64,000 nt of DNA, from NCBI GenBank assembly GCA_035647075.1, contig DASROF010000173.1, positions 14,721 to 78,720 of the forward strand. The letters run 5' to 3'. A program made the translations under genes and the position numbers. The DNA comes from Vicinamibacterales bacterium. GTDB taxonomy: Bacteria > Acidobacteriota > Vicinamibacteria > Vicinamibacterales > UBA2999. Of this stretch, positions 40,152 through 47,578 are shown in pieces. Below the pieces are notes generated by a model. The model did no database searches. It saw nothing but the letters and a program-made list of their open reading frames with translations, and was not told the origin of the DNA. Within the stretch, counting starts at the first letter, position 1. Each line of letters opens with the position of its first letter.

Positions 40152-40439
40152 GTGGCTGACGCCGACAAACCATCCGGCTTCGTCTCTCTGAAGTCCGTCA
40201 CCGCCGGCAGACCGGATCCCGCCACGGCGCTGGCAGAGATCCGCCAGATCTACTTCAAGACGACGAAGCGCACGATCGACAACGACCTCGCCCATGCCAT
40301 CGCGCTCGTGAAATCGCTTCCGGACGAGGCGACGCGCTCAAAGGCGCACGTTTACATGGAAGGGCTGGCCGAGATGGCACGTGAATGGGGGAAGACCAGT
40401 GGAAGTGATAAAGGCGCGAGGCGGCGGCCGAAGCGCTGA
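40152..40439 (+). CDS. Small hypothetical protein (95 aa) with a basic C-terminal tail
   Basis: GTG lies 5 nt after the polX stop. I recognise no motif. Coding status rests on position and frame only. Confidence 0.35.
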   Translation: MADADKPSGFVSLKSVTAGRPDPATALAEIRQIYFKTTKRTIDNDLAHAIALVKSLPDEATRSKAHVYMEGLAEMAREWGKTSGSDKGARRRPKR

Positions 40440-41204
40440 CTATTTGTTCAGCACGATCTTCTGTCGCGCGGTGACCCGGAGCACCTCCGGCACGTTCCGA
40501 TCGGTCGAGATCGCCCGCAGATCCTTATCCGTCAGCCTGGCTAGCAGGTTCATCGAGATCGCCACCGGCGTCTTCGGATTGCGCGCCAGTGCGACGACGA
40601 TGCCGTAACGCTTCATCCAGGCCCGCGTAGTGGCAATCATGCGGAGAATCTCCTCCGCGATGCTTCCCATCTTGGCGATGCTCTCGATCTCGGGCTCCGT
40701 CATCTTCGGGCTGCTCAACACCGCCACCGACACGAGCTTGTTCGGATCGCGAATCAGGATCGCGCGCTCCTCGCGCGACCCTTTCATGGCCAGACCGACT
40801 CTCTGCGCCACGGTCAACCCCGCGATGCGCTGGAGGGTCGACTTCTGGTCCTCGTTCTCCTGTGTCTGCGGCTCTGGTGCCGTGTCAACCAGCGGCGCGT
40901 CGCCATCCGGCGCGGCCGTCGCAGCGCGCGATACGCCGCGGGCCTCGAAAAACGCCGCTACGTCCGCGGGAACATCACTGCGCGCCAGGAACGCAGAGAG
41001 CGTCTCCGCCGGAATCGACTGCAGCGTTGCCTCTGCCGCCGCCGCTACGCCAGGATCAGCGTCCTTGACGAGCAATATCAGAAGTTCCATCTGCTCGTGC
41101 GCGCGTGGCGCGAGTACGCCCTGAGCCGCCAGGAGGCGCAGATCGACCGGCGCCTCGCCCCGGCGGAACACGTCGAGCAACGGCGTCTTGAACGCATTCT
41201 CCAT
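40440..41204 (-). CDS. Hypothetical HEAT/ARM-like helical repeat protein
   Basis: 254 aa. Helical repeats flank an acidic linker. The C-terminal half reads LTVAQRVGLAMKGSREERAILIRDPNKLVSVAVLSSPKMTEPEIESIAKM..NPKTP. No assigned function that I know of. Confidence 0.6.
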   Translation of the reverse strand: MENAFKTPLLDVFRRGEAPVDLRLLAAQGVLAPRAHEQMELLILLVKDADPGVAAAAEATLQSIPAETLSAFLARSDVPADVAAFFEARGVSRAATAAPDGDAPLVDTAPEPQTQENEDQKSTLQRIAGLTVAQRVGLAMKGSREERAILIRDPNKLVSVAVLSSPKMTEPEIESIAKMGSIAEEILRMIATTRAWMKRYGIVVALARNPKTPVAISMNLLARLTDKDLRAISTDRNVPEVLRVTARQKIVLNK

Positions 41205-41207
41205 CAG

Positions 41208-41609
41208 CTACCAACCTGCCAGGCGCACCAGCATCGACAACCCGATAATGAGCGCAATGGGAACCAGAATAGCGGCGGCCATCATTAATCGGCGCGCGAC
41301 CATCGACGGCGGATCGGTATTGACCTCTTCCGCCCGGACGTGCTGGCTTCCGTCGGTAAGGGAGGCCTCCGGAAACCGGGTGATGAATTCCTGAACCGTG
41401 GCCTCGGGGTCGAGGCCGATCTGTTCGGCGTAGGCGCGCACCAGACCGCGTGAATAAATGCCGCCCGGGAGACGTGAAATATCGTTGCGCTCGAGCGCTT
41501 CGAGCGCACGCATGGAAAGTTTCGTCGTGTCGGCGATCTCGCGGAGGGTGATGCCACGTTGCTCACGTAGCCGCTTTATCCGCTCGCCAAAGTCGCGCTG
41601 AGCCTCCAG
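41208..41609 (-). CDS. Membrane-anchored XRE/RodZ-like HTH protein (start codon unresolved)
   Basis: The HTH sequence FGERIKRLREQRGITLREIADTTKLSMRALEALERNDISRLPGGIYSRGLVRAYAEQIGLD is followed by a single C-terminal TM. The HTH begins upstream of the first ATG (41513), so a CTG start at 41609 or a frameshift from ATG 41619 is required. Confidence 0.55.
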   Translation of the reverse strand: MEAQRDFGERIKRLREQRGITLREIADTTKLSMRALEALERNDISRLPGGIYSRGLVRAYAEQIGLDPEATVQEFITRFPEASLTDGSQHVRAEEVNTDPPSMVARRLMMAAAILVPIALIIGLSMLVRLAGW

Positions 41610-41620
41610 AGATCGCCATG

Positions 41621-42268
41621 TTAGGACCCGGTGTCAGGTGTGTCAAACGCGCGGGTGACATGTTGCACGTTGGTGGCGATCCCATTCGGCGCGTTTTCCG
41701 CGAACAGCCCGATTGCTGAGATGCCGGCGGCACCAGTCTGTGCCACCCGTGACGCGTTCTCCGCCGTCACGCCGCCAACGGCAAGGACCGGAACGGTCGT
41801 GGCGCGCACGACGTCAGCCAGGCTGGTCACGCCGGCGGGCTGACGTCCAGGCTTCGATGTGGTCGCAAACACTGTTCCGAACACCAGATAGTCGACCGCC
41901 CCTTCCGCCGCCGCGCGTTTCGCATCCTCCACGCTCTGCACCGAGCGGCCGATCAGGAATCCGGGCGCCACGGCCGACCGCGTACGCGTCGCCGGGAACG
42001 AGTCGCTTCTCAAGTGAACCCCATGCGCGCCCGCCGCGAGCGCAACGTCGAGACGGTCATTGACGAGGATGCGTGCGCGGGTGCCGCGAGCGGCGTCGAT
42101 ACACAGTCGCGTCACCGCGAGCAGATCCCGATCGTCGAGCCGGCGTTCGCGAATCTGTATCAGGTGAACTCCCGCCTCAGCGGCCGCCCGGACGCCGGCA
42201 ACCAGATCAGCGACGGTGCGTCGGGCCCCCAGCCGGCCATCGGTGATCATGCAGATCACCGGCCGCAT
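41621..42268 (-). CDS. Thiamine-phosphate synthase family protein (second, intact ThiE paralog)
   Basis: 215 aa containing ICMITDG.., LIQIRERR, ILVNDRLDVALAAGAHGVHL, YLVFGTVFATTSKPG and VLAVGGVT. Confidence 0.8.
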   Translation of the reverse strand: MRPVICMITDGRLGARRTVADLVAGVRAAAEAGVHLIQIRERRLDDRDLLAVTRLCIDAARGTRARILVNDRLDVALAAGAHGVHLRSDSFPATRTRSAVAPGFLIGRSVQSVEDAKRAAAEGAVDYLVFGTVFATTSKPGRQPAGVTSLADVVRATTVPVLAVGGVTAENASRVAQTGAAGISAIGLFAENAPNGIATNVQHVTRAFDTPDTGS

Positions 42269-42275
42269 CGGCTCT

Positions 42276-42548
42276 CTACTCCTCGACGGCAGAGGAATCG
42301 CGGAGAGGCAACATCGAGCCCTGAAGGCGCCGGCCGCCGAGCAGCGACCGCACCTCCGCTATCGCCGCGGCCAGGTTGATCAGGCCGAGTCCGGACACCG
42401 CACCGCGGAAGAAGTAATTCGTGATCACGACGTGCAGGAGAGGCACGACGTCCGCGAAATAGTTGCGTTCCCAATACGTTGACCACGGCACCACCGCCAG
42501 CACGAGACCAACCTCGAGGAAGAAGACGATCGTCAGCAGCCGGATCAT
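42276..42548 (-). CDS. Small membrane protein (90 aa, 2-3 TM)
   Basis: MIRLLTIVFFLEVGLVLAVVPWSTYWERNYF... ATGA overlap with the upstream TPR gene. Confidence 0.5.
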   Translation of the reverse strand: MIRLLTIVFFLEVGLVLAVVPWSTYWERNYFADVVPLLHVVITNYFFRGAVSGLGLINLAAAIAEVRSLLGGRRLQGSMLPLRDSSAVEE

Positions 42549-44521
42549 CTTCGTGACTCATCCTCCACCCGCGCGAGCACTGTCAGCCGCGAGCCGACGT
42601 CACGGAATCCAGGCTCCTCCGACTCGAGTTCCATGAACACGGCCAGTGCCCGTGCGCTCTCACCGACACGCTGCAGCGCCACGCCCAGCTCGTAGAGCAC
42701 CGCCAGGTTGGCGTCGCGCGACGGTGCCGCTACGTCCGCGGCCCGTTCCAGCCACTCGACGGCGGCATGGGCATGCCCTCGCGTCAGGTACTCGCGACCC
42801 AGCCGCGAGGCCGCCTGAAACCGGAATGCCGGCACCCGCGCCGCCTCTTCGAGATCCGCCATCCCCTCAAAAGCCTGGCCCTTCTCCAAACGCTGCTGAC
42901 CGCGCTCGAACAACACCGCCGCATCCGAGACGCTGAGCGCTCCCCCTGGCGCGGCGGCTGATGAGGGCGCCCGCGCAGACGACCCGATGGCGCTGATGGC
43001 CTCGCTCAGGTCGATCTCCCTCGGGCCATCCTCGGCCAACCGGGACGCTGGCGTCGGCTCCGTCGGCAGCTCCAACTCATCTTCCGCGTCACCATCTGAC
43101 GGAATTCCAGGAATCACTTCGAAGCCGGCGACGTTCTCATCCACGGGCATCGATACGATCTCGTTCACGTCCATCGACACGCCCATGTCCATGTTCATGT
43201 CCATGTCCATCGACAAGTCGGACTCCAAGTGCAGCGACACGTCCGGATCCATGGGCCGCGGCGTGCTCACGTCCACAGCAACATGTTCAGCGATCGCCGT
43301 CGGCTGCACCGTGAACCGTTGCTGAACCAGTCGCACGCCTGCATCAGGATCATCGGAGCCGGCCAATTCGAGAGCCCGGCGCAGCCGGTCGGCGTGGACG
43401 GTTGAGTCCGGGGCCCCCGCCAGCAGCGCTTCGGCGACGCTCTGCGCTTCGGCCGCCAGTCCAGCCTCGAGATACGCGTCGGCCAGCTGCTCGCGCGCCT
43501 CGAGAACGATGTCGTCCTGACCGGCGTCCGCTGCGATCTGTACGAGCTTGAGCAATGCAGCCAGGTGACGCCCGTGGACGAGAAACGACTGCAGCACATC
43601 GATCGCACGATCCCACTCGCCGCGAAGCACCGCATCGTCGACAACGATTCCGGTATAGCTGAACGCACGATCGGGCTCTCCGGCACGGCCGGCCTCTCCG
43701 GCAAGGCGCAGCACATCCATGGCGCGATCTGGAGCGACGGCAATAAACCGGGTCAACGTGGAACGCGCCGCCGCATCGTCCTTTCGCGCTGATTCGATCG
43801 ATGCGAGCGACAGCAGCAGGTCCGGATCCGTACCGGCGGTCTCCGCATCCAGCAGACGGCCCGCATCCTCGATCTGGCCGGCGGCAAAATACTGGCGCGC
43901 GAGCTGCCCCCGCAGCGCGACATCCTGCGGTTCGAGGGCCACTACCTGCGACAGTGCGTCGAGCGCCGCCGCGGATCGACCGGCCTTCTGCAATTGCTCC
44001 GCGGCAGTCCGGAACAACGTCACCGCACGCGCAGTCTCGCCGAGCACCTTCGAGGCCCGTGCTCCGGTCAGCAATGTCTCGGCATCCGCCTCCGGCAGCT
44101 CGGCCAGCCGGACCAGACACTCGGCTGCTCCTCCATCGTCACCGTGCTCACTGCGCAGTTCCCAGAGCCGGCGCAGGTAGGCACGCGCGTCCGCCAACAG
44201 CTCCTGAGCGGCGGCGATCTCCGCCAGTCGCAGCAGCGTGTGCTCGTGATCCGGCCGCGTCTTCAGCGCCTTCTTGTAGAGTGCTGCGGCTTTCGGGAAG
44301 AATCCTTCGGCGAAGAGATGGTCGGCGATCTGGACAAACTGGACGACGGCCTGATCCGCATCGCCCGCCCGCAGGTAGAGATCACCGAGCGCGTTAACAG
44401 CGTTCCAGTCGCGCGGCTGCTCTTCGACAAGCCGGACGTACTCCGCGATCGCGAGATCGAGCCGGCCCTGACCCTTCAGGCGCTCCGCCTGGCGGAGCGT
44501 CGCCTCGCGATCAAGTGGCAC
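42545..44521 (-). CDS. Large TPR-repeat protein with a central acidic, Met-rich disordered segment
   Basis: 658 aa. TPR-like helical pairs lie at both ends. The central segment reads DLSMDMDMNMDMGVSMDVNEIVSMPVDENV. Confidence 0.8.
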   Translation of the reverse strand: MPLDREATLRQAERLKGQGRLDLAIAEYVRLVEEQPRDWNAVNALGDLYLRAGDADQAVVQFVQIADHLFAEGFFPKAAALYKKALKTRPDHEHTLLRLAEIAAAQELLADARAYLRRLWELRSEHGDDGGAAECLVRLAELPEADAETLLTGARASKVLGETARAVTLFRTAAEQLQKAGRSAAALDALSQVVALEPQDVALRGQLARQYFAAGQIEDAGRLLDAETAGTDPDLLLSLASIESARKDDAAARSTLTRFIAVAPDRAMDVLRLAGEAGRAGEPDRAFSYTGIVVDDAVLRGEWDRAIDVLQSFLVHGRHLAALLKLVQIAADAGQDDIVLEAREQLADAYLEAGLAAEAQSVAEALLAGAPDSTVHADRLRRALELAGSDDPDAGVRLVQQRFTVQPTAIAEHVAVDVSTPRPMDPDVSLHLESDLSMDMDMNMDMGVSMDVNEIVSMPVDENVAGFEVIPGIPSDGDAEDELELPTEPTPASRLAEDGPREIDLSEAISAIGSSARAPSSAAAPGGALSVSDAAVLFERGQQRLEKGQAFEGMADLEEAARVPAFRFQAASRLGREYLTRGHAHAAVEWLERAADVAAPSRDANLAVLYELGVALQRVGESARALAVFMELESEEPGFRDVGSRLTVLARVEDESRR

Positions 44522-44562
44522 GATGTGCGTCCTTCACGACTCGCGCCCCGTCTGTGGTGCCT

Positions 44563-45216
44563 TCAACTATCGTATTCCGCTGGGAGTGAGGATTCGATCG
44601 TATCAAACAGTCCGCTTTGCGGCTTGAACGATCGCCGATGAAACGACGAGTAACCGTAGCGGGCGACTGCGGCGAGGTGCTCGGCGGTGGCGTAACCCTT
44701 GTGATGTGCGTAACCGTATCGCGGATCGCTGGCGTGGTGCACGAGCATCTCCCGGTCCCGCGTCACCTTGGCGACGATCGACGCCGCCGCGATTGCGGAG
44801 CACTTCCGGTCGCCCTTCGGGACCCCGCGCTGCGCGATCGCCAGGTCCGGAATGCGGAACGCGTCCACGATGATCATGTCTGGAAGCGGGGCGATGGCCA
44901 TCACTGCGCGACGCATCGCCTCCAGAGACGCGCGGTGGATGTTCAGCGCGTCGATTTCGGCTGGCTGCACGGCCGCCACCGACCAGGCGAGCGCTTTCCG
45001 GGTAATGACATCGTAGAGACGTTCCCGTTCGAGCGCCGTGATGGTCTTCGAGTCGGCCAGATGAGGAATGTAGCGCGCAGGGTCGAGGATGACGACACCA
45101 GCGACGACCGGGCCGGCGAGACAGCCCCGGCCGACTTCGTCACAGCCGGCAACGCGATAGAACCCCCAGCGCCGCATGGCGTTCTCGAGGGTCCTCATCG
45201 CGCGAACGCGAACCAT
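44563..45216 (-). CDS. rnhB: Ribonuclease HII
   Basis: VAGCDEVGRGCLAGPVV.., ..DSKTIT.., ..IAAASIVAKVTRD. Confidence 0.9.
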   Translation of the reverse strand: MVRVRAMRTLENAMRRWGFYRVAGCDEVGRGCLAGPVVAGVVILDPARYIPHLADSKTITALERERLYDVITRKALAWSVAAVQPAEIDALNIHRASLEAMRRAVMAIAPLPDMIIVDAFRIPDLAIAQRGVPKGDRKCSAIAAASIVAKVTRDREMLVHHASDPRYGYAHHKGYATAEHLAAVARYGYSSFHRRSFKPQSGLFDTIESSLPAEYDS

Positions 45217-45235
45217 GCTGAAATCCCGCTGGGAA

Positions 45236-45580
45236 CTAGGTCTTCTTCGTCTCTTTCATCCGCGCGGCCTTCCCTTTCAGCTCGCGCAGGAAGTACAGCT
45301 TCGCGCGTCGGACGCGCGCTGACCGCACGAGGTCGACCTTCGCGATCGTCGGCGAATGCAGCGGGAAGATGCGCTCCACGCCCTGGCCGAACGACACCTT
45401 GCGGACGGTAAACGACGCCCGCGCGCCGCCGCGGTGCATGCCAATCACGATCCCCTCGAAGATCTGGATGCGCTCCTTGTCGCCCTCGCGCACCTTCACG
45501 TGGACACGCACCGTGTCCCCCGACTTCATCTGGGGCCGTTCGGTCAGCTGCGACTTCTCGACCAGGTCAATGGCACTCAT
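45236..45580 (-). CDS. rplS: 50S ribosomal protein L19
   Basis: [44 protein letters not shown] prefer ATG 45580; the upstream extension is rejected. Confidence 0.95.
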   Translation of the reverse strand: MSAIDLVEKSQLTERPQMKSGDTVRVHVKVREGDKERIQIFEGIVIGMHRGGARASFTVRKVSFGQGVERIFPLHSPTIAKVDLVRSARVRRAKLYFLRELKGKAARMKETKKT

Positions 45581-45612
45581 CTTCGACACTCCACTCGTCA
45601 CTTGCAACTCTG

Positions 45613-46353
45613 TCACTTGCCACTTTCGCGTTTGATCTCTGCCAGCAGCGCCCGGTCTTCGTCGTCGAGCACCGCATCGTCCAACAACTCCGGCCGCCGC
45701 TCCAGCGTTCGCGCCAACGCCGTCTTCCGTCGCCATCGCCGCACATCGCCGTGATGGCCAGACAGCAGCACGTCCGGCACCCTCCGACCGCTGAACTCCG
45801 CCGGCCGCGTGTAGTGCGGGTAGTCGAGCACGCCGTCCGAGAACGAATCCTGCTCGACCGACTGCTCATCGCCGACCACGCCGGGGACGAGCCGGCTGAT
45901 CGCGTCGATGATGACCAGCGCCGGAAGCTCCCCACCGCTCAACACGTAATCACCGATCGACACTTCGTCGGTGGCGACCAGTTCCCGGACGCGTTCGTCC
46001 ATCCCCTCATATCGGCCGCACAGCAGCACGACATGCGACAGATGGCTCATGCGCGCCGCCTCGGCCTGCCGGAACGGCCTGCCCTGCGGCGTCAACAGTA
46101 CCACCGCGTCCGGCGGTCCGCGCCGCGTCCGAATCTCGTCAACCGCACGCGCGAGCGGCTCGGGTTTCATGACCATCCCCGGTCCGCCGCCGTATGGCAC
46201 GTCGTCCACAGTGCGGTGACGATCGTCGGTGTGATCGCGCAGGTCGTGCACCGCGACGTCGATCAAGCCGCGCGCGATTCCCCGGCTGACGACCCCTTCC
46301 GCCAGACCCGCGGTCACCATGCGCGGGAAGATCGTGACGACGTCGAACTTCAC
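45613..46353 (-). CDS. trmD: tRNA (guanine37-N1)-methyltransferase
   Basis: [12 protein letters not shown].., ..[13 protein letters not shown].., ..[13 protein letters not shown].. The GTG start 46353 overlaps the rimM TGA (GTGA). Confidence 0.9.
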   Translation of the reverse strand: MKFDVVTIFPRMVTAGLAEGVVSRGIARGLIDVAVHDLRDHTDDRHRTVDDVPYGGGPGMVMKPEPLARAVDEIRTRRGPPDAVVLLTPQGRPFRQAEAARMSHLSHVVLLCGRYEGMDERVRELVATDEVSIGDYVLSGGELPALVIIDAISRLVPGVVGDEQSVEQDSFSDGVLDYPHYTRPAEFSGRRVPDVLLSGHHGDVRRWRRKTALARTLERRPELLDDAVLDDEDRALLAEIKRESGK

Positions 46354-46865
46354 GCCTTCTCGTTCAATTCCAGCAGCCCGTCCGGCGGGTCGATCGTGAT
46401 GCGCCGGGCGGACACATCGATCTCGACGCAGATGTGCTGCGCGAACGGAATCAGCACCTCTCCGCGCACGCCCTTCACCGTCAGAAGACTTCCACCGACG
46501 CCACCGTCCACGCGACTGACCTCGCCGATTCGCGCGCCAGTCACCGTCTCCACCTCGCAGCCGACCAGCTGGTGCTGGTAATACACGCCCTCGCCGAGCG
46601 ACTGCAGCATCTCTTCGGGTACTCGCAGCTCCAGGCCCGCCAGCCGCTCGACGTCCTCGATGCTCGAGAATCCTTCGAACGCAATTACCGGGCGGCCGTT
46701 TTGCACGCGCGCCGCGGTGATCGTCAGTGCTTCGTCTCCCCTGTCCGATCGCGTCCACATGGTGGCACCGCCGACGAACCGGTCCTCGACGAAGTCTGTC
46801 TCGGGATTGACGATCACCTGGCCGCGCAAGCCATGCGGTCGCGCGATGCGGCCAACCAGGACCAT
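46350..46865 (-). CDS. rimM: 16S rRNA processing protein RimM
   Basis: [25 protein letters not shown].. plus a PRC barrel at the C terminus. The track extension to 46952 merely translates a repeat array. Confidence 0.85.
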   Translation of the reverse strand: MVLVGRIARPHGLRGQVIVNPETDFVEDRFVGGATMWTRSDRGDEALTITAARVQNGRPVIAFEGFSSIEDVERLAGLELRVPEEMLQSLGEGVYYQHQLVGCEVETVTGARIGEVSRVDGGVGGSLLTVKGVRGEVLIPFAQHICVEIDVSARRITIDPPDGLLELNEKA

Positions 46866-46879
46866 CGAATCCCACGAAC

Positions 46880-46954
46880 GGGATCGGGGATCAGGAATCC
46901 GGGATCCGGGATCGACTTTCCCGGTCTCCGGTCCCCCATCCCCGGTCCCCATTG
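46880..46954. repeat. Two adjacent 5 x 7-nt degenerate tandem arrays (GGGATCN x5, then CCCGGTC-like x5) in the KH-rimM spacer
   Basis: gggatcg gggatca ggaatcc gggatcc gggatcg / cccggtc tccggtc ccccatc cccggtc cccattg. The two arrays are partly complementary to each other. The sense (-) strand of the second array reads GGGGACCGGGGATGGGGGACCGGAGACCGGG. Confidence 0.6.
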
Positions 46955-46956
46955 CG

Positions 46957-47220
46957 TCAGTCCCGGATATCCAGCTGCGCGCGCTTCCCGTGCTTTTCCG
47001 CCGTCAGCGCGACCAGGGTCCGGAGTGCGGCAGCCGTCCTGCCTTGCCGTCCGATGATCTTGCCCATATCGTTCGGCGCCGTCGTCAATTCCAGCACGGT
47101 CATTCCGCGCCGCTCGCTTTCGATCACGCGAACGGAGTCGGGCTTATCGACCAGTGCCCGGACCACCGTTTCGACCACCGCACGCAGCGGGTTCACGGGG
47201 GCGGCTTCCTCGGTGGTCAT
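46957..47220 (-). CDS. KH-domain RNA-binding protein (YlqC/UPF0109 family)
   Basis: 87 aa containing ..VLELTTAPNDMGKIIGRQGRTAAALRTLV.. (GxxG KH motif). TAATG overlap with rpsP. Confidence 0.85.
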   Translation of the reverse strand: MTTEEAAPVNPLRAVVETVVRALVDKPDSVRVIESERRGMTVLELTTAPNDMGKIIGRQGRTAAALRTLVALTAEKHGKRAQLDIRD

Positions 47221-47495
47221 TACTGCGCGGCCACCGGCTCGACAGGCGCCGCCAGATCCCGCGTCAAGTGCCTGGCCAGCAGCGTGCGCACCGAATCCGA
47301 TGGCTTCGCACCCTTCCCGATCCAGTACTGCACGCGCTCGCGATTGATCTCGACCTTCGCGGGCTTCGAGCGCGGATTGTAAGTACCGAGGTTCTCCACG
47401 AAGCTGCTCTGCAGCGCCGATCGGCCCTCCGTGACCACCAGGCGGAAGTACGGCTTCTTCTTCGAGCCCATCCGCGTCATTCGAATCGATAACAT
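47220..47495 (-). CDS. rpsP: 30S ribosomal protein S16
   Basis: MLSIRMTRMGSKKKPYFRLVV.. Confidence 0.95.
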   Translation of the reverse strand: MLSIRMTRMGSKKKPYFRLVVTEGRSALQSSFVENLGTYNPRSKPAKVEINRERVQYWIGKGAKPSDSVRTLLARHLTRDLAAPVEPVAAQ

Positions 47496-47496
47496 C

Positions 47497-47578
47497 TACT
47501 CAACTCCCAATTTCCAACTTCCAACACCCAACCGTGCTCCCAAAACCGTTTTGAGAGTTGGTAGTCGGGAGTTGGGAC
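47497..47578. repeat. Heptamer array (NYYCCAA x5) plus its imperfect reverse complement, forming a long hairpin in the ffh-rpsP spacer
   Basis: tactcaa ctcccaa tttccaa cttccaa cacccaa, then the central palindrome CAAAACCGTTTTG, then gagagttggtagtcgggagttggga. Confidence 0.55.

Noticed and set aside
45581-45612. Direct repeat GCAAGTGAC x2 (- strand) in the trmD-rplS spacer, considered as an L19 autoregulatory leader.
   Set aside because: There are only two 9-nt copies in a 32-nt spacer, which also overlaps the trmD 3' end. I cannot match it to the known L19 leader structure by eye, so the evidence is too thin to report as a feature.
46866-46952. N-terminal extension of rimM ([29 protein letters not shown]..).
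   Set aside because: It is a translation of the two heptamer arrays. RimM homology starts at [12 protein letters not shown] (46865).
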